A stretch of 64,000 nt of DNA from Tubulanus polymorphus (lineage: Eukaryota; Animalia; Nemertea). This document shows positions 50,401 through 61,900 of the stretch, piece after piece. Both the position numbers and the translations under genes were made by a program. The notes under the pieces were generated by a model. It saw only the letters and a program-made list of their open reading frames with translations. It searched no databases and had not been told where the DNA came from. The stretch is from contig NC_134032.1 in NCBI RefSeq assembly GCF_964204645.1, positions 10,466,275 through 10,530,274 on the forward strand, read 5' to 3'. Positions within the stretch are counted from its first letter, which is position 1. Each line of letters opens with the position of its first letter.

Positions 50401-53400
50401 CACAAACCACCGATATACACAACTTCTCGATAACGGCTCTCTGCAATTTACGAGTTAGAAAACGCTGAACAACAAACACCAAACACCGTTGGACATTTTA
50501 TCGACACACTTTCGAAAAATAGATCACCCACACTTCACACTGTCAAGTATGTTGCATATACAGACATTTCTCATTTCAAATTGACTACAAACATCAGAAA
50601 CATTAGACATCTGATCAGCACACTTTCGAAAAATTATCGTCCACATTTCACATGTTTTCAGGGGCCAGTTTCACAAAAAAGTTTAACTCAAATTTTTGGT
50701 GTAATTGCCATTGGTTACTTCATGTTTTCAACGAGGACAACAATTAAAACTTAACTGTTTTAGGCTTAAACTTTTTCGTGAAACTGGGCCCAGAACTTCA
50801 TCAGAGACATTTTCAATCGAAATTGAACTACATGCACAAACAAGACACTTCATCAGTACACTTTCATTCAAAAAGTGGTAGTCCACATTTCACATACATG
50901 TATTGTGTTCAGTACTTCCCCCAAGACATTTCTGAGTGAAAGTGAACTACAAACACCAGACTTCGTAAAACATTTCATAAGCACACTTTCAAAAACTGAT
51001 CTCTAGACGGCACAACTTCACCGGATACATTTTTATTGAAAATGAACGCCAGACATTAGACAGTTTATCAACACACAATCAAATGAAGATCATCCACACT
51101 TTACACGTTGCAGGACCTCAGATGCATATTTTCATAAGATAAAAACCCACCATCTACAGATTAAAAGAATTTAAAAACAAGAATTTATTTATTCAATCTA
51201 AAATATATATAAAACACGACATTTCGATCTCACCCTAGTACCTGACAATGATCTCTAGGGTGAGAACGAAACGTCGTGTATTATATATATTTTAGATTGA
51301 ATCAATAAATTCTTGTTTTTAAATTCTTTTAACCCTTTCAGTGCTGGCTAATTAATACCATTAAGTGCTGAAGATAATTTGAAAATTCTGAAAAATTCCA
51401 CCCTAGTGTATTGAATAACGGGAATAGCACTATAGTGCATCTACACCCTGGCGCAGTATACCATTAGTTACTAATATTTCACTGTTTAACAGGTGCTGCC
51501 ATCTTTCAAGAGATAACTAGTAATTACTAATTAGATCAATACACCGCAGTGCGGTGTACTAGCAAAATCCATCACTGATTCGTACACCGCACTGTGGTGT
51601 AGACACACTGAAAGGGTTAATCTGCAGATAGTGGGTTTTCATCTTATTATCCGTTCACCACGTTTGAGTGTGGTTATCGTTCTATCAAAGCACATTTTCA
51701 TATACGATGACTACACGAACACGAGACACTTACATTAGGCGATGGTTCGGGTACGTTCGCGGCGTACTGATCAGGAGCGTAATGCTGCATCGTACGACCT
51801 TCGATGTAAACGATGTAATCATCGAAGAAACAGAACGGCCCGACGAGCATGCCGTGAAAATATAACAGATAACTAAAATACGTCAGCAAATTCGGCAGTT
51901 TACTGAAAGATCAAAAACAAGGAACAACGTTAAGAACTACAATCTCATCCAAGACCTAAAAACCTGCATCTAAAACTTATTTCATGTAGAAATTTACTCA
52001 TCGTATGGAAGAGGTGGGTATTTTGGTAATGCTCATTTAAAGGGCGAGAGCTGTTTTGATAATACTTCGGTAATACAGTAAGCTATTTTGGCATTACTCA
52101 TTGAAGCATGGGATGATAAGATGGGGTATTTTGGTAATACTCATTGAATGCAAGTGGGTTTCTTGGTAATAATATTCATTGAAATGAAGGAGCATTTTGG
52201 TAATATATATTGATAAGGAAGTTAGAGGGGGTATTTTTGCAATATTAATGCAAGGACCAAAAGTGATTTTTGTGGAACTCATTTGGTACTACTACCCATT
52301 GAAGGGGCGTTTGAAATACTCACTCCACTGCTCTGCGTTTCTGTTCAACGTTCAATTGCGAAAATGCTTCTTTTGACTGCATCCCATCTTTCAGCGCGAA
52401 CGCTAAACTGGTCAATTTCATCGTGGTCACCATCAACGGACTGAAAATATATACAGTATGATGTCATAAGGGGAACGCACCAAGCTGGCAGTTGTCTTTT
52501 GATGTGATAGAGCATGTTATGGAGAGTTATTCGACGATGTCATAGGGCCATTTACAGATGGTTATTTGATGATGTAACAGGATTTATCAAGGCAGCCATC
52601 TTTCCGAACCGATCTATATAGGAAGTGAGAATTGATGTCACAGGGGGATTCATTAAAACGACCATCTTTAGTGACAATTTCATAATGTCATTCGGGGATT
52701 TATGAACGTAGACGTGTTTTCCAGGGACGGGCATCGATGGGTAAAGCGATGACATCAAAGGGGCATTTACGAAGGGGTGGACGACGTCATAAAGGGGGTA
52801 GGGGGCGTGGGTACGAGGGGCTTACCCGGTTATATCTAGAGTATAACTACGATAGTCATATATTTGACGGAATATATGCATTGCTGATAAATACACCATC
52901 GACCACGCGAACACTAACCTGTCAAACATAATTAGGCAAACCGTTAGAAAAGTCATCCGATGAAAATCAACGATATCATACAATGTACTTTGGCCGTGGA
53001 AATGTAACCTCTATTACATATAATTACTAAAGTCTATTACGTGTATATTCTCTAAAATTAACGTTTATGTCATTATTAAAATGATAAATCAATAAAAATA
53101 ATCGTAACAACCTCCCTCTCGACCCCCCCCCCCGGCCACTTTACGCAAATAGCAACATTAGTGTATTTTTTTTTGCTTTTTGACACTCTAGTTGTAACAT
53201 CAAAACGAATAGATGAAATCCTTCAAAGACCTGAACCATAAAAATCCCACGAAGTTGTACTTACTTGTGTCTGATTTTTTCACCGGAAAATTTTAAGAGA
53301 AGGTAACACACGGTCGATTGTAAAAATACGTGTATCATTTGACTGCAAAAAATCAAAAGTTAAATCCTAAAAATAACTTCCCCAACATTATTTGGGTTTT

Positions 53401-56042
53401 TTTTTATTGCTCCCTGTGTTTTTCTTTAAAAAACATTAGGTTTTTCTTTTAAAAACATTAGGAACAATAAATAAATAAATAGACATTTCCCAATTCTGTT
53501 ACTCAAAACAAAATATTCGTTAACATTTCAATATTTTTTCATTATTCCCTAATGCTATATCAACTAGAGGCCATCGGTTGTTCGCGGCAAAAAATTAATA
53601 ATCGTTCTCGAACTCTGCATAAGGTCTTTAAGATTCTTTGCATGCCGGCAACCCGTGCATTGTGTTGTACGCCTATACGTACTACACTCGCGACACGTCG
53701 GGAATCATGACTTACCGACCGAAACAGAAAAGTCCCAGCGAGGTTCCGAGGAAAAACGCGACGCCATGTCGAATGTTAGCGCTGACTTTCGTCGGGTGCA
53801 AATAAATCCGATACAGAACACCCACACATATCGCTATTATCTGACTGCACACAAAATTCAACTGCAAAAAAAAGTGAGAGAAAGAGTTGAAAATATGTGA
53901 ATTTAAATTGTGGAACTCAAATGATGTAGGGTCTAATTTCACAAACTGCAGAACTGTGGAACTGGAGACTCGAATTAAACCCATCCAACTGTCGAAGTGG
54001 ATTGGTAGTGAAAATTAAACCCAGACTACTGTGGAACTTGGATCTAGGTCGAAGGATCAAATTACACAAACCACACAACTGGATCTAGAAGTGGAACTGG
54101 ATCTAGAGTCAAATTAAATCCACATAACTGTGGAACTGGGTCCAGAGTCAGATTAAACCCACACTACTGTGGAACTGGATCTAGGGTCAAATTAAACCCA
54201 CTCAACTGTGGAACTGGATCTAGAGTCAAATTAAACCCACACAACTGTAGAACTGGTCCAGACTCAGATTAAACCCACAAACCTGAGGAACTGGGTCCCA
54301 GGTCAAATTAAACCCACGTTACAGTGGAATTGACTTGGATCTAGAGACAAATTAAAGCCACGCAACTGTGGAGCTTGGATCCGAATCAAATCAAACCCCA
54401 CACAAGTACAACTAGGTCCAGTCAAATTAAACCCACATATACATAGGCCTAACTGAGGAACTGATCTAGAGTCAAATTAAACCCATACTACTGTGGAACT
54501 GGCTCTAGAGTCAAATTAAACCCATACTACTGTGGAACTGGCTCTAGAGAGAAAGTAAACCTCTACACAACTGTGGAAGTGGGTGTAGCGCGAAAACAAA
54601 ACCCACACTAGTGGAACTCGCGGATCTGAATCAGAATTAACCAACACATCCGTGGAAATGGGTCCAGGGCGAAATCAAAATTACTGATGGAACTTGGATC
54701 TGCATCAAATCAAACCCACAAATCTGTGGAACTGGGTCCAGTGTAGAAGGGTCATATCAAACCCATGACTGGTGAACAAGGTTACAGTATACGTAGTCAT
54801 TGAAACCCTGGACCTATAAAGCACACTCGAGTACAAATCAACTAGGAACCCATGATCAAATTAGACTTTAACACAAACCACATACAGTTATTTTTAAACA
54901 AATTATCTTTCTACGATTCATATATTGCGCACAACCATTGATTACTATATTAAGGGTTATATATCATCACCATTTGACAGGGTTATCAAACTAATGGGTC
55001 ATACGCAGTTGGTTGCTGATAAGTTTTTTACTCTGAAGTTCGTCAAGGTAGACTAATCGATAAGATTAATCCACTGTCAACTGGTTTAAGAGATCGTGGA
55101 AAATTTCACCAAGCCCTTTTCTAATTACCATGTACTCAGGTAATTCAACCCTTACACATGAAAGTTAGTCTTTCACGAAATCGGTTCAATCGGAGGGGGG
55201 AAACACAAAAACTGTATGAGGGTTTTACTCTAACTCTAAAAGGGTAGGACTAGGCCAAACTAAAAATGCTACTAAGTCCTGATCATCGAAAACAGACACA
55301 TAGGCCTACAACTCGTTCATTATCAAAACTTTGGTTGAATGGAAACACCTAGGCGACAACACCGTCCAGTGGAAGCCTTCAGAGCAAGGCTCTGCTTTGT
55401 TGCTAGCCCTACAGTAGGCCTAGCCCTCTCTCAGCCGCCGATCCCATGCCAGAATTGGTTATTACATTTTCAGATTCAGCAGAAGAAAATCGTAACCCCT
55501 TTCAATGAAAAAGTGCTTTTATCTTTAAAAAATCAAGGTCTTGCACGTTGCGGAAATCTGGAAAAAACTTTCAATCTCATTTTTTCCATACCCTGCCTGT
55601 ATTGTATTGAATTACAATAGATATAGACAAAAGTTCTCTTGTACAGGGAGGGCACCAGACCCACGTTCTGTTCCAGCTAAATCAATTAAACCCACCGACC
55701 AGCCAGCAGTGGAATCACTAACACTTTACCACAATAATATTTCTCACGTTACACCAGATGCCGTCCCCTTTTTTTCACAGGGGCTTATCACACCCCTTCG
55801 AAACGATATCCAAGAATGAAATAAACATATAACACAGCAAAATATAGAACGATGTAATAGTAAACAGGTAAACATGAGTGCTAGCACTAACTTATTAATT
55901 AGGCAAAACAACGTCAACGAGCGAGTGTGTGTGGTCGCTGAATGAAGAAGCCAACTAACAAACTGACCTGATCTATCGGTATACTGAGTATCTCAGCGAC
56001 TGGGTTCAACATTCGAGACCCTGCGTAAACTGTTGACGGCAT
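47447..56042 (-). CDS. MBOAT1/2: Membrane-bound O-acyltransferase MBOAT1/2-like lysophospholipid acyltransferase (about 12 exons)
   Basis: Exon 1 MPSTVYAGSRMLNPVAEILSIPIDQ (56042-55968); exon 2 LNFVCSQ..RH..FCFG (53861-53716); PLMVTTMKLTSLAF..DG, GPFCFF, KYYFAW, AANNAAGLGF, WNIMTSKWLR, catalytic SAIWHGFYPGYY. Confidence 0.9.
47945..48082. mobile_element. Harbinger-like MITE family 1 copy
   Basis: TIRs plus CTG target-site duplication. Confidence 0.85.
48465..49220. repeat. Intronic 30-31-bp minisatellite (ggtggtaccaggctgtagattgtttcaggg)
   Basis: More than 20 tandem units; degenerate units also at ~59520-59650. Confidence 0.95.
51135..51683. mobile_element. Penelope-like hairpin element interrupted by a piggyBac-like MITE (51333-51616, TTAA TSD)
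   Basis: ~100-bp inverted arms; insert TTAA|CCCTTTCAGTG...CACTGAAAGGG|TTAA. Confidence 0.75.
53900..54770. repeat. Intronic ~41-bp minisatellite (ctgtggaactggatctagagtcaaattaaacccacacaa)
   Basis: About 20 tandem units. Confidence 0.9.
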
Positions 56043-57535
56043 TCTCCTCTTGTTATCACAACCATTTAGAGTCGATTAATCAGCGCGAACAGTCCCGAGA
56101 TATTCACGTTTTTATGCTCACCTCTCTCGATATTTTTATCAACTATGAATTGTGAACTGATCGCGATTTTCGTGGCTGAATCAGCGTAGAAACGGTCAGA
56201 CGAAACGTCACGTGCTAAAAGTCTACCGAAAATTTTGAATTCAAACAATTTTGCAATTCTGAACCGAGAAAATATTTTTGAATTAAGATTCAATCGAAGA
56301 AACTGATTTGAAGATTTCTATCGGCACTATACTTCGAATTCTTGCTACGATATTTCATCTATACGATTACTCAAAAGTGACCGCAATATTCATTAACTTG
56401 AGATCAAACAATGAAAAGCGTCTACTGAAACGTCGTCCATCTACTTAAATGTTTTTGATATTTAAACGCATCGAATTGGAGTGATATACCCCAGAAATAG
56501 CAATACAAACATGTTTTAGGTGCATATTTTTAGGTGAAAAAGATTTAGAAAAGAAAATATGACCGACGACGAAGTTTCGGGTTCGGGCTAATAAGGCTAG
56601 GCCCGGGCCACAGAAACGTGTTAAAATCTAAAAAAATATTTGGCTAAATTTTCAAATAAAGATATACCGGACAGCCAATAAAGATCAAAAGTTCTGCCAA
56701 ACAGAAATTTTTTAAACGGTTTTACTCGCTACTTAGGTTGATATGATTTCGGTCAAGGTCACAGGGAAGTGGGAAAGCAAAACGCACAAATTAAATCAAG
56801 TATATTGAATGAAATTACGTTCACTAACTCGACTGATAAGCTGATAACCCAGCAATTCTTAAAGCAGTGGATTATCCTGCGCCGTCCATATAGAGAACAA
56901 AGGCCGAAAGGGTGAACAGGAATTATCTGTTGTGGGGTAAGACTAAAATTTCGTTTTTTAGTTTTTCGTTTAGCTCTCGTCGACTAACTTAGACAGTAAC
57001 TAAACTAACTAACTTAACCAAATCGTTTCTGTTCTTTCTGATGATTGATTGATTTGATATGGCAAATCAACCGTGACTAAAACCGGAACGGTACTCAAGT
57101 ACTCATGAGTCCGTCAATGCATCTGAGCTTTATTGAATTGAAAAGTTTAAAATGTTGTAGGGCCTAAAAAGACAATCAAAAAGTGATGTCCTATTTTTCT
57201 TGATGAATTCTGTAGTAGTAGGATTGGTTGGTGAGAAAGGAATACCATTGTATTTTGTATTCATTTATAATCTAATAATTTAGGCCAATTAGGTAATATG
57301 CAAAATTGGTATTCACGATTTTTAAAACATTTACATTCCCATATCAAATTGATTTTATTATAAGGTCTTTGATAATGAAATGATAGATTAGAATCAAAAT
57401 AATGAAAAATGGGTCTAACTGCAGTTGTCAAATATTAAATCTTTCTAATCATTTTGGCCATCTGTTATTAGTTCTGGGTGTTGCTTTGTCTAACTTAAGC
57501 TATCTTCTAGTAGTTTTCTCTACTTTAGAGGCCAT

Positions 57536-57988
57536 TATAGCGGGTCATCCTTATTACCGAGATGACGTATTTTACCGAGATGAACCGAGACGAACCGAGA
57601 TGAAATGAAATATAGCATATTTATTTATTCCTTATCGATTTTAACACTTGAAATCATGTTATATCAGTAATAAATACCTTTTAGAGTCATATTTTACATA
57701 TTTTTTTTATTAAAAAAAATTTTGACTTCAAATACGTAAACTCGGTTAGCAATGAAATTTCATTGAATTTGATTGATCGACGATCTCATCTCGGTAAAGT
57801 TAAGTTATTTTTCTACAAAAATATCCGACAAAATATGTAAAATATGACTCCAGCAGGCATTTATTACTGATATAATATGATTTCAATTGTTAAAATCGAT
57901 AAGGAATAAATAAATATGTTATATTTCATTTCATCTCGGTTGATCTCGGTAAAATACGTCATCTCGGTAATAAGGATGACCGATTATA
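57536..57988. mobile_element. Foldback/MITE with long inverted arms
   Basis: ggtcatccttattaccgagatgacgtattttaccgagat mirrored at the 3' end; arms extend about 170 bp. Confidence 0.8.
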
Positions 57989-58247
57989 GCCTACACTTCA
58001 GGATCCAGTGCCGCAATGGTCATCAGTGGCAGTGAATTAAAATCAATTACATCTAATAAAACTTGAATTTTTCGAATAGTTGAATTCCAAAATTGTTGAA
58101 TAATCAAACTTACTTTCTTTTTGAGAATGGGAAAAAAAGGAACTGGAATGAACTGTTGAAAATCACAAAGTTGTGGAACTGGATCCAGAACATCCATAGT
58201 AACTAGGCCTGTACTTTGACTGATCAGGTCGAACCTTTCATTGGCTA

Positions 58248-58762
58248 ACCCTTTCAGTGCATATACACCGGCAGTGCGGTGTATTAATCAGCGTTTTACT
58301 TTGCTTGTACACGGCGATACACCGCATTGCGGTGTGTAACAATGCTGTTATTATAAGATTAGTTTTTGTCTGTATTGAAAGATGGCAGCACTTGTCAAAC
58401 ATGATGAACTAAGATAAAAACCCACTATCTACAGGTTAAAAGAATTTAAAGACAAGAATTAATTTATTCAATCTAAAATTTATACAAGACACGACGTTTC
58501 GATCTCACCCTAGAGATCATCGTCAGGTGAGATCGAAACGTCGTGTATTCTATATATTTTAGATTGAATAAATTAATTCTTGTTTTTAAATTCTTTTAAT
58601 CTGTAGATAGTGGGTTTTTAATCTTATTATCCGTTCACCACGTTTGAGTGTGGTTATCATTCTATGATGAACTAACGGTACCGCTTAAAAGTGGCGTGTC
58701 AATATCAAACAGACTGGGGTGGAATTTCTGGGGTAAGTATAAATTTGATGGCATTGAAAGGG
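58248..58762. mobile_element. piggyBac-like MITE containing an inserted Penelope-like hairpin element (~58410-58663)
   Basis: CCCTTTCAGTGC ... GCATTGAAAGGG|TTAA termini; insert is the same family as 51135-51683; a third MITE copy lies at ~60313-60530. Confidence 0.75.
58490..58530 (-). ncRNA. Minimal hammerhead-ribozyme-like motif (Penelope-associated type)
   Basis: Minus strand: cac-CTGACGA-t-GATCTC-tagggt-GAGATC-GAAAC-GTC-gtg. Confidence 0.55.
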
Positions 58763-58974
58763 TTAATCTCTGCCTCTATGAATTATACATATTCTAATCT
58801 GCTCATATTTTCTATGTTGTATTTATCAATTTAGACTATGTCTACTCTATGCTTCACCGCTCACGTCCGGGACTAAGTCGTCGCTTGTACTAACCACACT
58901 TCTGTCCTAAAAACACTGTAAAGCACTACAACCGCACCACTTCTTATCGGGGCGGAAATTCTATTCGTTCGAAA

Positions 58975-61900
58975 ATGGCCGAAATTCTTCGCGGAGGCGC
59001 GGGTGCTCGCGCCTCGGTGGTCGGAATACTGAGTCCAGTCGCTGATCATATCGGACTCCCCGTCGATAAGGTAGGTATAACAGTTCAACAAGCTGAACTG
59101 TCCAGGTCAACCCCGGCGTTTGAAATCGGGGCTAATTATTTAAAAAGAACCATATTTTCAGGGCCCTGCAATGCTCTGTGAGTATGGCCATTTCCTAGAA
59201 CAGCAATGAAGGTATCTACTGCCTTGAACCACTTCAGACTTAAAATACTCCAATCAGCATTCTTTCAATTTTTTATTATCCGGACTTCACTCTACAATAG
59301 TAAATCTAGGGAGGCTGGTTCCAGGTTTTAGGTTCATTCATTCATTAAGATACTCCAGCACGCTTGCTTTCGCGATTCGTTTTTGGAAGGTGGGCGTGTG
59401 TGGTAAGAGAGGAAGAAAAAGAATTTCCCTAGAAAATTGAATTGATAATGATAAAAGAATTAATATATACATTTTAAAAACACTTAACAGGATTTCAGAA
59501 TTCAAGGTTGTGTCACAGATACGGTACCAGCCTCCTGAAGGTGGATGGTGCCTGCTTGCAATTAGTCTGAGGAGTGTGGTTCCTGGCTGCAGGTTGTCTA
59601 TAAAAGGGTGATTCTAGGCTGAAGATTGTCTGAAGGTTTGGTGGGTGGGTACTGACAGCAGAATGATACGCGCATTTGAGGCGCTCCCTTGAAAAAAAAA
59701 GTTAAGGTTTAATTTTGTTTTTGAAGCTATTTCCGTCGCACCAAATTAGTTGGTTCAAGGTGGGAAAATCGCTTAATGAATCATTTGAAATCCGTTTACA
59801 CTTTTTATGAAGTTTAAATCAAATTTAGAAAAAGAATATCCAGTTTTATGTTTAAACTTATCTTCTGTTTTCATGTCACATTTATAGGCCTATATTCCGT
59901 CGCCAAATTCTATTGTCGTTACAAAGTTTTGTCGATAATTGAGGTCGACAAAAATCTGCTTAAATCTAATGAAAACAGTGTCGTTTTATGGAACTCGCCC
60001 TCGAAAACAACTGGATTTTTCCAGATTTTTAAATCTTATCTGATTCCGGCACAAAAGTTGAAGTCCAACTATTTAGTTTCTTACACGCCGTGAACCTAAT
60101 AAACGTCAAATTCATAGAAATGTAACCAATCACAAGCTGCCATATGTATCAGACTTCCTAATTTAAAGCTTCGAACTGATATAAGTTTCGAACCTTTTAT
60201 TGCAATTGTTTTAGAGGAAAATTATGATATCATTCGAAATGATATTGAAAACGGCCGATGTTGTTATTAGCTTAATGTGAGAATTAGATTTGGGGGATTT
60301 CAGATTTCTTAGCCCTTTCTGACTAATTAATACCCTATAGTGCTGGAGATAATTTGAAAATTTAAGAAATTCTTGCTTGGTGTGGTGTATCGCTAGTTAC
60401 TAATATTTCACTATAATTGACAGGCACTGCCATCTTTCATTAGAGATAAAAATTAATTACACCTATATACCGCAGTGCGGTGTACTAGCAAAATCTATCA
60501 CCGATTAATACTCCGCACTGAAATGGTTAAGGTGTACAGGGTTCAGTTTTATAGACCGTGACCCATGAGTTCTGCAGTTGTTCTGTTCCTGGGGTACAAT
60601 GAGTCCATTTCAGTCAATATAAGGTTATACGCTTAGTTCATGATTTATAGGTGTGGAACCGGGCAGGCTATACTCCTTGCAATGAATTGAATTGACCCTC
60701 GAGTTAGGGTCCTGTAGATTTGTTTTTACCCACTTTTAAAGTTTCGGATTTAACTTATATTTGCGCGCTATGAAACTAGATAGATTTGATAGTTTTTATC
60801 CTCGCAAAAAAAATCATCAGGTTCCAAATTTGAGATCGACTCAGGAAGACATCAATCATTGACCTGAATGCCTTCTCTTGATGGCTATGAAGCACTTATG
60901 TCGTTATATTTCAAAAGAATATCTAGGCTATACCTACAATTATCAACAAAACTCTCCCTATTATTATTATTGAGAGCTTTACGGGAGTGAACTAGGTCGC
61001 ATGCCTTTTGCATTGAAAAAGCCCTGAAAATACGTGTGATCAACATGTACTATCTAGTATTGTAGGTCTATATTACAGCAGTGCGTGCGCGTAGGCAGCT
61101 ATATTGTAGTACATATATCTATAGCGGTATTCTTAATCTCTACGCGACACCACCGGTTTCCACGGACGAACATCTAGATATTGTTGTAAAATACCGGTTT
61201 TATACGTGCGCGTGCATAGTTAGAGTTGCCACTCATTTACATTTTGACCGAGCTATAGGTTGTTACGTCCTACTCGAGTCATTTGTTCGCTACCGTACGA
61301 CGGATTACGGTAAAATATGATCCACGATAATCGGAATTACATTCCGTATTTGGCTGGCACGGGACTACTGACACCGATCGGGGACTTTTTCGGATTGAAA
61401 CAATATCAGGTAGGCCTTACGCATTAACCTCCAGGGGTAAAGTATGATGCGTGTATTAGAATTGTATCATACTATGTATAGAGGATGTACATATGCGATG
61501 TAGGCAAACCCGGTAGCCTGTGTGTATTGCTAATCCCGGTATGTACCATATAGCCTATGCACAGACTCACTGTCCAATACTGAATGAGAGGTTGCAAAAT
61601 ACAGTAGACTCTGTCTCTTAATGCCATGAAGTTGAAATCGGTAAAATTCTACCTAGAGTTGGTGCCAAATACTAAGTAAGAGTTTGTGAAATACAGTGGT
61701 CTCTGTCTCTTTCTGCGGTAAAGTTGAAACTCGTAGAATTCTACCCGGAGTTGGTGTCACATACTGTGAGAAATACAGTAGACTCTGGGTCTTTCTGTGA
61801 ATGAACGTTGAAACTGGTAAAATTCTAGCCTAAGTTCGTGTCAAGTGCTGAGTAAAAGTTTATGAAATACAGTAGACTCTGTCTCTTACTGTCATAAAGT

